Counted from the stretch's first letter, positions 43,201 to 53,437 are shown. The stretch: 64,000 nt of DNA from Wickerhamiella versatilis (GCA_030867685.1 JAQOWU010000008.1:3410001-3474000), one strand, 5' to 3'. Made by a program: numbers and translations. The notes: generated from the letters alone by a model not told the origin.

Positions 43201-45252
43201 ATATTCAACCACAGGCGTAAGGTGTCCTGATCGCACACGAAGTCCCTCAAGTAACTGAGCGGCAGCGACAAACAACAGCCTTTCGCGACTAAGCTTTACA
43301 GGGGTAAGCGACATTAAACTTAGGCGCTGACGATCCAGTACAGTACTCGATGTTTTCCGATTGAGAACTGGGTTCAGTTCTAATTCACTCTCAAATGTTG
43401 AAAGTTCCTCTGAAACCAGCGGCGGTGATTCCCTCGCAATTGTTGTTAATGCAGCCAATTGCTTACTGTCGACACTATCCCCAGGGCTTGCGAATCCCAA
43501 TAATGTGAGATTCAACCACGCGTCTCGCAAATGAGCACATAATTCCTTATCATCATCACAGATCTTAAATGGAGGTGCCATAAGTGATGCAATTGGACCC
43601 AAGAGTTCACTGGCCTGTTCAATGTGGGAATCAGTGCGTTTCGAGTCTGAATTTTTTGACTCTCCAATTTCGATAAGGAGATTTAAGAAGTGCAATAAGC
43701 AACTCCGATGTAATTGGCCTCCAGGCTCTAGGGTTTTGCCTAAAGTGCTTCTAGCAGATTGTACTTCCTTCGAGAGCATGCCGTTGTTTTGAGTACGAGA
43801 GGCAAAATTCGCATTGTCTAGGTGTTCAAGAACATCGACCAAGTCATGCTCGCTGAGACTTGGGGCTATCAAGGCATAGGTGTCAAGGATTTGAAATTTG
43901 ACGCGTTCACCTACCTCGTCATACTTCTGCGTAAGAATGGTAGATGCTAGTGAAGCAATATGTGTATCATCACAAGCATTTACAAAGGAAGCCATACTAG
44001 ATAGGACTGATGCAGAATATGACAAGGAATTTTTCCCATGCCCATCCTTGGCTGGATGTTCAGTTTCATCTTGCGGGTCTTGAAGATCACCATTGGTGAG
44101 AAAGTTGCCATGTGTATAAAGAATAGTCACACGGTAGCGCTCAGAGGTGACATGCTGAGCCATATATTTACCTACTTCCCCTGCAATTTGAGGGGACAAT
44201 GATCCGCAAAATCTTGGCAAAAGCTTGATTAATGGTCCAATCACTGAGATCTTAGCAGTGCACGCGAGAGCTGCTCGTATAGCACTGAGAACAGAAATAG
44301 ATTTACAATCATGCTGATTCTCTCCCAGGACCTCTTGTACAAGTGGAAACACGCGCTCAGGATCATACGAATCTCTTTCAACTGCAAGAGCTAGAACATC
44401 AAGAAGATAATATTTGGTTTCCTGAATCGGGGAAATAAGTTGCGCGAGGCTGGTACTTCGGCATTCACCGCGGGCCATGACAGTATTCAAAAGTCTTTCA
44501 CTGTGAGCCGCCACAGTACGTAAATCAGATGCCATAGGAGCATACAAAGCCAAGAAATGTGAAAAAGCAAGAAGCATCTGCGAAGGTCCAGGATACCACT
44601 CATCATTATCCACAACAGTTACAAACGCTATACTGGGAAAGCCGAGAGGCGTCGGTAGTTCACCACTTTCGAGGTGAACCTCAACTTCAGTAAGCCGATA
44701 AAGTACATCAACTAAGAAATTTGATTCATTCAGATGTGTGATCCACTTGAAGATGTCATCGCCGCAATGGGAAAAACTTTGCTGGCTGCATAGTCCCTGC
44801 AAGTACCCATGCACGGTAAAGCACCATATTAAGAACTTCTCGTCATTTTCTGGCGGCCATAGTTCATTGGCTCTTTTATGAAATTCCTCAAAAATAGTAG
44901 GCCCGACATTAGCGGCCAATAGCGCCTGTGTGAGATTTTTAGAAATCAGAGTCCAAGGCGACGGCGCTATGCGACGAGCTGTTGCTTGTTCCTCGATATC
45001 ATGATCTAAAAGGCAAATCAATAAGGACTTAAGGTTTTCAATCAATCCTGGACACCCGCATGCAGCTGGACCACGCTTGATCACGCCTTTGATCAAACCA
45101 AGGAGTACCTCAATTTCTTGAGCTTTCCACGGCTTGTCAGTAGGCGGTGTTGCCTTTTGAAAAATCCCAAGATTCGGTTCCAGCTGGCCTAACCGATCCA
45201 GCGCTTGGAAACGCACCGAGGCCACGGACCTGTTCAGACCCCAGAAGTCCAT
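40258..45252 (-). CDS. STT4: Phosphatidylinositol 4-kinase III alpha
   Basis: PLQSHAKAPF, FKVGDDCRQD, KDRHNGN, HIDFG, C-terminal NGIPY. Confidence 0.95.
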   Translation of the reverse strand: MDFWGLNRSVASVRFQALDRLGQLEPNLGIFQKATPPTDKPWKAQEIEVLLGLIKGVIKRGPAACGCPGLIENLKSLLICLLDHDIEEQATARRIAPSPWTLISKNLTQALLAANVGPTIFEEFHKRANELWPPENDEKFLIWCFTVHGYLQGLCSQQSFSHCGDDIFKWITHLNESNFLVDVLYRLTEVEVHLESGELPTPLGFPSIAFVTVVDNDEWYPGPSQMLLAFSHFLALYAPMASDLRTVAAHSERLLNTVMARGECRSTSLAQLISPIQETKYYLLDVLALAVERDSYDPERVFPLVQEVLGENQHDCKSISVLSAIRAALACTAKISVIGPLIKLLPRFCGSLSPQIAGEVGKYMAQHVTSERYRVTILYTHGNFLTNGDLQDPQDETEHPAKDGHGKNSLSYSASVLSSMASFVNACDDTHIASLASTILTQKYDEVGERVKFQILDTYALIAPSLSEHDLVDVLEHLDNANFASRTQNNGMLSKEVQSARSTLGKTLEPGGQLHRSCLLHFLNLLIEIGESKNSDSKRTDSHIEQASELLGPIASLMAPPFKICDDDKELCAHLRDAWLNLTLLGFASPGDSVDSKQLAALTTIARESPPLVSEELSTFESELELNPVLNRKTSSTVLDRQRLSLMSLTPVKLSRERLLFVAAAQLLEGLRVRSGHLTPVVEYFQDPGFQSGDGFAAMRDIAREMTKKYISRAGSGPLFRIAGIATQLKQLLVYMCHRTAIVRRIANEIAESLVTGIPGALCHRESLFALLELVTLTGLSVVAAEEDIYSPPSVFESSRSDVKIELPVSVKVREEIHNEFKRHARSLMQYVDDIVGLDFRAVLGSYLLDVMNDTEGISLPPQGTALALDFAAWGRSPTTVLSGSEDLSEQAKIVGDAFDIFTDKSMQSAISQWYSLDRIPMIQAVADHFERSIKRHKGLYSRSLDVWGSAMYKEMEYAPSSKPVVSAARNSRLASYIPHERLIAFLQSNFWASLYNAPQVLDVYVQIARVAIEGMNHVSLHSLARKPRVDLMILLLDIIREFSRNHPHRGTDLENAVIKAALSWFHQAPQWPYGSSPRRQRHVLQSLNVLRKRVESSPQDKYNSLFKRLLDLEIDRLQVWLMPISNLNDRTPPSLSPEEIGAAWELDPLMAVNLAQWPISEPAISTLRQLVQAQPIHVYREPSALKLLENVKKVPRAVIYWAQLAPVDCLSLLTPGTDILLLQLGMRSLQLHPITKCFFYVPQIVQLLRHDKEGFVTEYILEAAKFSSKFAHQIIWNMKANSYRDDDGTIPDPIKPILDNVMKKLIGEFDDQELEYYEREFGFFEEVTSISGKLKPYIKKSKAEKKMKIDEEMAQIDVPDDVYLPSHPDGTVIDIYRESGKPLQSHAKAPFMASFKLNIHDQVRRQAAIFKVGDDCRQDVLALQLISVFRSIFETDGLDVYLFPYKVTATAPGCGVIDVLPDSISRDMLGREAVNGLHEWFISKHGPEDTLTYQKAQMNFVKSMAAYSLISYLFQFKDRHNGNIMYDEEGHVEHIDFGFCFDITPGGVRFEAAPFKLTKEMVAVMGGSPQAPAYRAFEELTVRAFLASRQYVDEICRIVTPMLESGLPCFKGDTIGHLRQRFALQKSEIQAAAFMRHLIAKSYESTFTKGYDEFQRLTNGIPY

Positions 45253-45367
45253 CGCTTAGCAAGCAAATCTCGAAGCAGGTCTAATCAAGTAACTACAAAC
45301 CCTAAAAGTACAGCAGATAATCTAGATATTTCATCGCGTATACGCCAGCGCATACTACCGGTTTAAA

Positions 45368-46087
45368 TTAGTAGTAGTGCTCGATGAGCAAATCCTGGTC
45401 AGGTGTCTCATTGTTCAAACCGAATATAGATTCGATGACGTGTAACTCTGGAGCGGTGGTATCATACCCGACGACAGCTAACCAGTCGTTCGCAACCATA
45501 CCACCACCAATTACTTGAGAACCTCGATTCACTGTGCCAGCCACGAGGGGTACTTGTAGTAGAGAACTCAATTCTTCCTGATCTTGTACCGAAGTCTGGG
45601 GGTGCACAAGCCCACCATTATTGGTGATAGTTGCATATGAACCCACGAGGACGTTTCCGGCGACAGTTTGTCTGAATACTTCAACGCCCAAGACATCAGC
45701 AATAAGCTCTTCAGTCTCTCGTTCGATGTCAGGGTGAACGAGCGCAACATAGTCATTGCAGCAAATCACATTCCCAAGAGCAGACAATCTTTCCTCTACG
45801 CGCTGAACCTTTACTTCATCGGGGAGCGTATTGCGGATATGCTGAAGCTCTTGATCAGTGGTCTGCTCGGGCAGAAGCAGCCCACGACGGTTTCCAGCAC
45901 ACAGTCGTCCAACAATACGGTTGCCACCAATGGTAGTTTGGCATAGAGGAATTACACCGCCTAGTCGCGATTCAAACGCACTGTAGAAGTTTTGCGATGT
46001 GGCAGTAGTTATCAACGCATAAGAATTTGTGAGTTTGGAGAAGACTCCGACCTCGTTCGAATTTTCAAACTGGGCACGCAAAGACAT
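45368..46087 (-). CDS. TIF6: eIF6
   Basis: [33 protein letters not shown]. Confidence 0.97.
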   Translation of the reverse strand: MSLRAQFENSNEVGVFSKLTNSYALITTATSQNFYSAFESRLGGVIPLCQTTIGGNRIVGRLCAGNRRGLLLPEQTTDQELQHIRNTLPDEVKVQRVEERLSALGNVICCNDYVALVHPDIERETEELIADVLGVEVFRQTVAGNVLVGSYATITNNGGLVHPQTSVQDQEELSSLLQVPLVAGTVNRGSQVIGGGMVANDWLAVVGYDTTAPELHVIESIFGLNNETPDQDLLIEHYY

Positions 46088-46233
46088 ATAAAATTAGACT
46101 TTTTTTTCTCCTTTGGTAGAAATAGGGAGTAAAAAAATTAGTTTTTATGTAATTTCCCAAATCACGTGAGATGTTCCTTTTAGAACAATTAACTAGAATA
46201 GAATATATGTGAGGTAGAATTGAATGCAATTTT

Positions 46234-47700
46234 TTAGGCCCAACGAAAATATTTGCAACGAAAATCCTTATCCCCTGTCGCACCTGTAGGACGGGCGCAA
46301 CTCCAGAATGATCGTCCTTTGTTCGGCCCGGGCTTTTTGGATAGAACAAGTTTGCAGGGCTCATTGTGGAGGCATTCTGGCACTGTCTGATGAAATATAT
46401 TGCTCCATGCCTTTTTTGCCGAATCATTGGTCCGTGCTATAGTTCCCTTGGGGTTGAAATCTCCTTCGATATTGTTATTAGTATTTGTCCAACCAGTCTC
46501 AGGTGGTACGGATTTCAAGGAGTTCTGGACACCTGGATCGTGATCTGTAGCAGATGCAGTTTGAAGAGATGATGATGATGATCTCGAATTACCCCAATAA
46601 TGCATTATATTCCGCTGTAATTTCTTTTGTGGATTTTTTTTGTGTTGCGGCTGTTCATGCTTACGACTTATGTCAAATGACTGTGGCCGAGCTTGAGATA
46701 CCTTGCTGAATGCATTTCTGATATCAGATCCGAAAAGACGCTGAAGCCTGCGGCCTAGCTCCGGTAAGGGTGAGGATGGTAACAACGAAATCGCAAAATC
46801 AGCATAGATGGGACAATGGTCTGAACCCTCCAGGTCCGGCATGATACCAGCCCCAGAACAAGGCAGATTATGGGTGGATAAAATGTAGTCAACCCTTGAA
46901 CCATAATTAGCTGGACGTGAATTCAAAAGCTGACTCCAACATGTATACATATCATTTTTCTCTGGGTTAAAGTGTCTACCCGTATCAATGATCTCCAGTT
47001 CTCTCAGCCACCCGGAGACAATTCTGCGTGCATGATTATTGTCATCCCATTTGCTCAGTTCTAGTTTGAGTGTCTCCTTGGGGAGAGCTGCGAACTCGTG
47101 CTGGACTGGTGCACTATCTCGGGGTTCAATCAAAATATTGAGATCACCAAGGATCACGACTTCACGCCCAGCACTAACGAGGCTCCTCACGCGATGGTCA
47201 AGGGCGGTCCAGAACATATTTCGGAACTCTGACATGTTACCCTGCGAATTTGCAGGACAGTAGAGGGCTATTATTACAGCAGTTCCCAAGTCTAGCACAA
47301 TAGTACGACCCTGGCTATCAATTTCTCGGCCAGACTTCATATCTATCGCGGGATAGCCACCTATATTCTTAATTTCCTCGCGTGCAGGCTTGGAGGCAGG
47401 TAACCATCCCGTGAGGCCTTCCTCAGCTGCTATAACACCAATTGAATCTTTGACATACACAGCAACACCCGAGTACCCTCTCCGTGATGTTGAAGATGAG
47501 AAAAAAGCATGCCAACCAGGTACCATTGCCATGGAACGCTCGATATCTCTAGCTTGAATCTTAGTTTCCTGGAAGCACACGATATCCGCTCCCAAGGATT
47601 CAAACATTGCACCGAAAGAATTTGAGCTCCATCTACACGAGTTTTCAAGAATATTTTTGATGCCACAGACGTTGAAGGATACCACACGGACCCGGCACAT
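46234..47700 (-). CDS. APN2: ExoIII-family AP endonuclease with GRF zinc finger
   Basis: CFQETK, GYSGVA, GDLN, SDHCP, C-terminal GPNKGRSFWSC. Confidence 0.92.
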   Translation of the reverse strand: MCRVRVVSFNVCGIKNILENSCRWSSNSFGAMFESLGADIVCFQETKIQARDIERSMAMVPGWHAFFSSSTSRRGYSGVAVYVKDSIGVIAAEEGLTGWLPASKPAREEIKNIGGYPAIDMKSGREIDSQGRTIVLDLGTAVIIALYCPANSQGNMSEFRNMFWTALDHRVRSLVSAGREVVILGDLNILIEPRDSAPVQHEFAALPKETLKLELSKWDDNNHARRIVSGWLRELEIIDTGRHFNPEKNDMYTCWSQLLNSRPANYGSRVDYILSTHNLPCSGAGIMPDLEGSDHCPIYADFAISLLPSSPLPELGRRLQRLFGSDIRNAFSKVSQARPQSFDISRKHEQPQHKKNPQKKLQRNIMHYWGNSRSSSSSLQTASATDHDPGVQNSLKSVPPETGWTNTNNNIEGDFNPKGTIARTNDSAKKAWSNIFHQTVPECLHNEPCKLVLSKKPGPNKGRSFWSCARPTGATGDKDFRCKYFRWA

Positions 47701-47761
47701 ACATCCCAGACAAGCTTATGATTCGTCACTACTTACTTCAGACACTAGATTTCATGTACTA

Positions 47762-48655
47762 TTAAACACGGCAGTTTGCGAGAGAAATAACGAGTATATC
47801 CTCTGCACCACACGTAGTAAGTTGGTCCATAACATCTGCAACCCTCTTTTGTTCAACCATAGAACTAATAGCCACCCATCCATCATCTTCCAATGGTGAT
47901 ACCGTGGCGGCCCGCCGACCTGGTGTGATTTTGAGTACACTCGGTAATTCTGATCGGCGCACGTTATAATTACAAAGTACATACTTTCTTGAGGCGACAA
48001 CTCCCTCAATTCGCTTTTGTATCATGTTGTAGACATCACGGTAGTTAGTATGGACCGACCCAATCAGATGAGCACTCGTCTCCAAAACTGTGGAGATAGC
48101 TTTCAACCCTGCTGCCCGCATCGTCTCTCCACTTTCAACCAAATCCACAATAGCATCCCCAACACCCAGGGCAACTGCTGCCTCCACCGATCCACTTACA
48201 AACTTGATTGTCGTGGCGAGAGGCTCACCCGGGTTCTTTCCTTCAAGGCGGGCAAAATATTCTGTCGCAAGATTCGTAAAAGAAGTCACCACAGTCTTAC
48301 CGATCAGTTGCTTTGGATCATGGTACGGGCCATCTGTAGGCACCTGTATCTGTAGTTTACAGTTTCCAAAATTCAGGTCGAGCAGGTCTTCCACATTCAG
48401 ACCACTCTCTGCAACTTGGTCTATGCCTGTAATCCCAAGCGAACAGCGACCTTCTCCAACGAATCGGGGGATATCCGCAGCTGGAAGGAAGACCAATGCC
48501 ACCGGAAGATTAGTTGAAATGGCAATATCCAGACGGCTTGACCGACGGAACTTGATATCAGCCCCACCTAGCAGCTGAGAACATTGCTCTGCAAGCCTGC
48601 CCTTTTTAGGGACAGCCAAAAGTAGCTTGTCGTCTAGATGCGCTACTAACTCCAT
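47762..48655 (-). CDS. HIS1: ATP phosphoribosyltransferase
   Basis: AVPKKGRL, DAIVDLVESGETM, ITPGRRAATVSPL. Confidence 0.97.
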   Translation of the reverse strand: MELVAHLDDKLLLAVPKKGRLAEQCSQLLGGADIKFRRSSRLDIAISTNLPVALVFLPAADIPRFVGEGRCSLGITGIDQVAESGLNVEDLLDLNFGNCKLQIQVPTDGPYHDPKQLIGKTVVTSFTNLATEYFARLEGKNPGEPLATTIKFVSGSVEAAVALGVGDAIVDLVESGETMRAAGLKAISTVLETSAHLIGSVHTNYRDVYNMIQKRIEGVVASRKYVLCNYNVRRSELPSVLKITPGRRAATVSPLEDDGWVAISSMVEQKRVADVMDQLTTCGAEDILVISLANCRV

Positions 48656-49083
48656 CTGTGAGTCAACGACAATTACGTAATTTTTCCACGTTTATAGAGG
48701 ATCTTTTGGCACACGTGCCTAACGTTGAATGTCAAAATCGACATTCATCATTTTTCGCTGTCATATACATTAAGTCTGAATTTTTATTTTATATTTCAGC
48801 TGCCCATGTAAAGAATTGAATGCCATTACCACTTACGGATGTATACTAATTGAACAACTCGGCCCCAAAGACCTTTCTCATTCTCATTCTGGTGCGATTA
48901 GATTTAAGAGGAAAATAGCCAAATTATTTATGCCATAATATCAACGTTGTCTTCTATTTATCTGACAATTACTGGCCAAGTCACCTGTTGCCAAACCTTA
49001 CCCTATGCCCTAAAACGTGACTGTGGTGCCAAACACCACTCAATAGTTAGTCAAGCACCAATCTATCTGACCTTGCATTAAAT

Positions 49084-49290
49084 ATGGATTCTAAGGCTCC
49101 TCCTGCGAAGCTCGCAAAGGTTACCAAGGTTCTCGGCCGTACTGGCTCTCGTGGTGGTGTCACCCAAGTCCGCGTTGAGTTCATTGACGACGAGACCCGC
49201 TCTATCGTTCGTAACGTGAAGGGCCCAGTCCGTGAGGACGACATCTTGTGCTTGATGGAGTCTGAGCGTGAGGCTCGTCGTATCCGTTAA
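49084..49290 (+). CDS. RPS28: 40S ribosomal protein eS28
   Basis: [34 protein letters not shown]. Confidence 0.97.
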   Translation: MDSKAPPAKLAKVTKVLGRTGSRGGVTQVRVEFIDDETRSIVRNVKGPVREDDILCLMESEREARRIR

Positions 49291-49619
49291 ACATTTCTAT
49301 TGTGTTCTGATATATTCTGGATGACTATGTGTCCTCTGTACAGGGGTAGCAGACACGGCAGGCTTTCCCTGTGGCTTCCCCGCCTGGAGTATTACACATT
49401 TACCGGGCTTTTTTCTAAAATGCTTGGAATAGCTCTGCCTGATATCTAGGTGAGTCAATATAAAATAATATGTGTAAAATTGCGCTCTAATGTTGAACCT
49501 TAGATTAGCATGGCATCCCCGTCAATTGAGAAGAAAAAGAGATTAAGTACGTTAGATGTGCTGGCCCGCTGGCGTGTGCTAATCGGGCGTGATGCTTTGA
49601 CTTTTGCTCTCTCTGTAGC

Positions 49620-50168
49620 ATGTTCAAAAAGTTCACGTCAGATGAAATCAGTTCGCAGTCCAACGTGAAATCTAGTATTCAAAGGTCGTTGCGCAGCAAA
49701 TTTCTGGAGGAGTTTCCTGCGTTTGAGCCCCACGCTGACGACTTGCTGCCGAAGAAGGAACAGCTTGTGCAGTACAAGTGTGCCGATAAAATCGTTCTTT
49801 TCAGTCTTGGTCCCCGTCTGATATGGGTTCAACGCAGCCAGGATGAACTTCTTCCGACGTTGCGCCTCATCCACCTAGTGCCAAGAGACGTGTTTCCTTG
49901 GGTTTCAGTGGACAGAGGAGCGATTAAGTTCATATTAGGCGGGGCTCATATTATGTGCCCTGGACTAACCTCTGCAGGTGCGTCGATGCCTCATGACTAT
50001 GAGAAAGGCCAATTAGTGGTGGTTTACGCCGAGGGAAAGGAACATGCTCTCGCACTGGGAAAACTAGAGTTATCTACGGAAGACATCAGAAAAAACAACA
50101 AAGGAATAGGCATTACAGTAATTATGTACCTTGGCGATGGTCTCTGGAATCTCGGCCCGCTTCCTTAG
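49620..50168 (+). CDS. TMA20: MCT-1/Tma20 PUA-domain 40S recycling factor
   Basis: MFKKF, VDRGAIKFILGGAHIMCPGLTS, LGDGLW. Confidence 0.93.
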   Translation: MFKKFTSDEISSQSNVKSSIQRSLRSKFLEEFPAFEPHADDLLPKKEQLVQYKCADKIVLFSLGPRLIWVQRSQDELLPTLRLIHLVPRDVFPWVSVDRGAIKFILGGAHIMCPGLTSAGASMPHDYEKGQLVVVYAEGKEHALALGKLELSTEDIRKNNKGIGITVIMYLGDGLWNLGPLP

Positions 50169-50211
50169 AATAATAAGTTTATCGTCTATTATAATCATTG
50201 ACATTCATATT

Positions 50212-51510
50212 CTACGATGCTATTGTTGACAAGTTTGTTGATGGAATCATGCGCATTTCAATAAAAGGGTCTATAACCTCGCCTTTTGATACTAGTCTCA
50301 GTCCCCGTACCGGTCTGTTTGTCCGCCGTGACACTAGCCAGACCAGCCTTTGCACATGTGCATGTCCGACGATTCGGTAATGATCACCGTCCACATTTAC
50401 AGAAAGCAATTGTGAGCGAATGCTTCCCTCTGGAGGAACTGGTGGCTGACCATGTAAGGCTACAAGCTGATCCCATCTATCCTCTGGCAGAGGAGGATGT
50501 CGTTTCTGGACAACCGCTGCCAGTGTATATCGCTCAGAATCCTCACGTTCCTTCGCACCAATATATGTACCGTTAAGGTTCTGAAGGCGCGGCAAACGTG
50601 CAATGATGAAAGGACGGTCCTCCGGCAAATTTCCAACTCGAAGGACAATGCATTTCCCTAGATACTCAAAGCTTGACCAGGGGAGGGCGCAGCTTAACAC
50701 TAAACTTTGTACCACGACGGGCGAGGTCAGTTGCTCCAACTCGTTATGCGAAAAATTGAGTGCTTGTGTTCGTTGATTCATGAATGATTCCCCAAGAATA
50801 TTATAGCTGAGATCGAGCTCCTTTAATTCGGGGAGTGCAGGAAGATTTTTGAGTAAATTGTGAACCAGACTCAGGCTGGATATGGATGGAAAGCACTTTA
50901 ATACTTGACTTATTTCGTCAGGTGACAACAAAGTGCGTGAAAGCTGGAGATCTTTCAAACTTTTCACTGAAATTAAATTGGTCACAGAAAAGCGGTTCCC
51001 ACTTAGATTTAAGGATTCGACATTCAAATGCTGAAGAAACTCGCATATATCGCTTAAGTCCTCAAGAAGATTATCGCTTAAGTCAAGTCTTCGAAGGCTC
51101 ACGAAATTTAGTTCCTGTGCCTGCATGCTATACACACATGAATGGTGAACGCTGATAGTTTCCAGCCTGTCGACATGGCGTCGACGCTCCATTATTTTAT
51201 CGGCACCAACAAATTCAGCCTTCTTGTGTTCAGAGATTGCAGTACCATACCATTCGGGGTTTTCCATATATCTATTTTTTACAGCCTCACCCATTGTAAC
51301 ACGTTCATCCTGCTTTCGAGTGGCTTTCACAAAGGATCCTGCTCCTTTCACCTTACAAGTGAAATATGAGACTCCTGCTAGACATCCATCATTCTTACCT
51401 CTTGATGCATTGTCCCACTCGACGCCCAATGCTTCTACGCTCCATTGAGGGATCTTACCTATCCATTTCACGGTGCATAAGTCGCCGCTGTATGAAACGC
51501 GTTTAGTCAT
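50212..51510 (-). CDS. PAC2: Tubulin-folding cofactor E (CAP-Gly + LRR)
   Basis: GVEWD..RGKNDG CAP-Gly motif, LRRs, IARLPRL..LNG. Confidence 0.85.
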   Translation of the reverse strand: MTKRVSYSGDLCTVKWIGKIPQWSVEALGVEWDNASRGKNDGCLAGVSYFTCKVKGAGSFVKATRKQDERVTMGEAVKNRYMENPEWYGTAISEHKKAEFVGADKIMERRRHVDRLETISVHHSCVYSMQAQELNFVSLRRLDLSDNLLEDLSDICEFLQHLNVESLNLSGNRFSVTNLISVKSLKDLQLSRTLLSPDEISQVLKCFPSISSLSLVHNLLKNLPALPELKELDLSYNILGESFMNQRTQALNFSHNELEQLTSPVVVQSLVLSCALPWSSFEYLGKCIVLRVGNLPEDRPFIIARLPRLQNLNGTYIGAKEREDSERYTLAAVVQKRHPPLPEDRWDQLVALHGQPPVPPEGSIRSQLLSVNVDGDHYRIVGHAHVQRLVWLVSRRTNRPVRGLRLVSKGEVIDPFIEMRMIPSTNLSTIAS

Positions 51511-51958
51511 AAAGGTAAGAAGTCGGGCAGTTCCACCTTATGGTCTCAATGTCGTGTCTAGGGGCCTATGTGAATATTCTCGAACTGCTGCTGTAGATAA
51601 AATACTTATAAATCCGTTCAGTAATAAATCTCTGGGTCACAATCGCGACCAGGGTCAATAATCAATGACGAAATTTGTGATCACTGATCACTTAAGAGTG
51701 CGTCGCGATCCTGCATGTCAACGTATATATATACGGGCCTGGAGCCAATAGGGATGATCTGTTCTCGCAGCAAAAAGAGATTACTGTGCTTTCTGTGGCT
51801 TCATTCTATTAAAGCTTAAACTCATTATGTTCTATGTTTGGCTTTAAGTGCCCTGAGAATGTGTATGCAAGTTTTACGTCAGTCGGTATGCGGGACTCTA
51901 TACTAGGTTGTCTTATAAGCTTAAGCTTATCTAACGTTGAATTCCAGCTCCACAGCAG

Positions 51959-53437
51959 ATGCGAAAATTTATTTCTTTGGCCGCTCTTTTTTCTGGAACG
52001 ACAGCTTTGCTTCCTATCATAGCCGACGGCAACAGGTTTTACCAATTACAGGAAGATGGAACTAAATCACCAGAGAGTTTCACTATAATTGGTGTCGACT
52101 ACCAACCAGGTGGTTCGAGTGGATTTGACGCGAATTCCGGCAAAGATGTACTGAGTGATGCCGGGACGTGTCTTCGTGACTTTTGGTTACTCTCACAGAT
52201 TGGTGTCAATACCATACGGGTTTACACCGTAAGCCCGTGGACAAACCATGACGAGTGTATGTCAATTGCAAATGCCCTTGGAATTTATGTCATTCTTGAC
52301 GCTAGCAGTCCTTATATTGCTCTGAATCGTGATGATCCGGAAAGCTCCTATGATTCTAACCTCCTCAATTGGGTTTTTGGACAAATCGATGCGTTCAAAG
52401 GGTATCCTAACACGCTAGGCTTGTTCGCTGGAAATGAGGTTGTCAACGACGGCGATAGTGCCTCGAAGGACCCGAAATATATCCGCGCGTTACAGCGTGA
52501 TATGAAGAACTATGTGAAGTTGCATGCTAACCGAACTATTCCTATTGGTTACAGTGCTGCTGATGATAATGTGTGGCGGGTTGCAATGTGGGACTATCTA
52601 CAGTGTGGTAATGATACGTCAAAGTCAGATTTCTACGGTATTAATTCTTACGATTGGTGTTCTGGCTCGTCAGATTGGCAATCCAGCGGTTATGGTACTA
52701 TCGCATCCACATTCAAGAACTCCTCAATTCCATTGTTTTTTTCTGAATATGGTTGTATCAAGAACTCTCCTCGTACGTTTACTGAGATTGGGGCAGTTTA
52801 TGGTCCTGACGAAGACAACCTCGCTGACATTCTGTCTGGAGGGCTCATTTACGAATACTCGAACGAGGCGAATGGCTATGGACTGGTGGACATCGATTCT
52901 GACGGGAATATCCAGTTGCGTGAAGATTATTCGAATCTGAAGGACGCACTCAGCAAGATCGACTATAACTCCACATCCCTTAGCAATGATTCTCCGCCAG
53001 ATGCGCCAACTTGTGATAAGAACTCGCTTCCTTCGGGCGCTGGTGATTTCTCCTTTGATACGGATCTCCCTGACTGTCCTGACGAGGATTTACTGAGCAA
53101 AGGTGGTGGAAACCAGAACACAGGATCAATTGTCGATGTTGCTAGCCACACTAGTATCAGTGCCACAATTGTCAACAATAGCAGCAGTACGTTGACTCCG
53201 AGTGTTTCCTTCAATACCCAATTCTTAGTGAACTCGCAGACTCGCCTTGCGTCGTCCTTTTCCAAGGCTAACTCTGACTCCTCTTCTGCCGCTAGTGCCA
53301 CTAAAGCAACCTCCACAGGTAACTCTGGTAGTGCTTCCTCGTCGGCATCTAAGTCCACCTCTTCGGGGGCTGCTCATTCCAGTACACAGGTATCTATTTG
53401 TGCTGCCATTGCTGCATTGATACTCGGTCTTATATAA
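51959..53437 (+). CDS. GPI-anchored GH72 beta-1,3-glucanosyltransferase without X8 domain (Gas3/Gas5-like)
   Basis: GVDYQPGGS, AGNEV, IGYSAAD, FFSEYGC, Ser-rich stalk, hydrophobic C-terminus. Confidence 0.9.
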   Translation: MRKFISLAALFSGTTALLPIIADGNRFYQLQEDGTKSPESFTIIGVDYQPGGSSGFDANSGKDVLSDAGTCLRDFWLLSQIGVNTIRVYTVSPWTNHDECMSIANALGIYVILDASSPYIALNRDDPESSYDSNLLNWVFGQIDAFKGYPNTLGLFAGNEVVNDGDSASKDPKYIRALQRDMKNYVKLHANRTIPIGYSAADDNVWRVAMWDYLQCGNDTSKSDFYGINSYDWCSGSSDWQSSGYGTIASTFKNSSIPLFFSEYGCIKNSPRTFTEIGAVYGPDEDNLADILSGGLIYEYSNEANGYGLVDIDSDGNIQLREDYSNLKDALSKIDYNSTSLSNDSPPDAPTCDKNSLPSGAGDFSFDTDLPDCPDEDLLSKGGGNQNTGSIVDVASHTSISATIVNNSSSTLTPSVSFNTQFLVNSQTRLASSFSKANSDSSSAASATKATSTGNSGSASSSASKSTSSGAAHSSTQVSICAAIAALILGLI

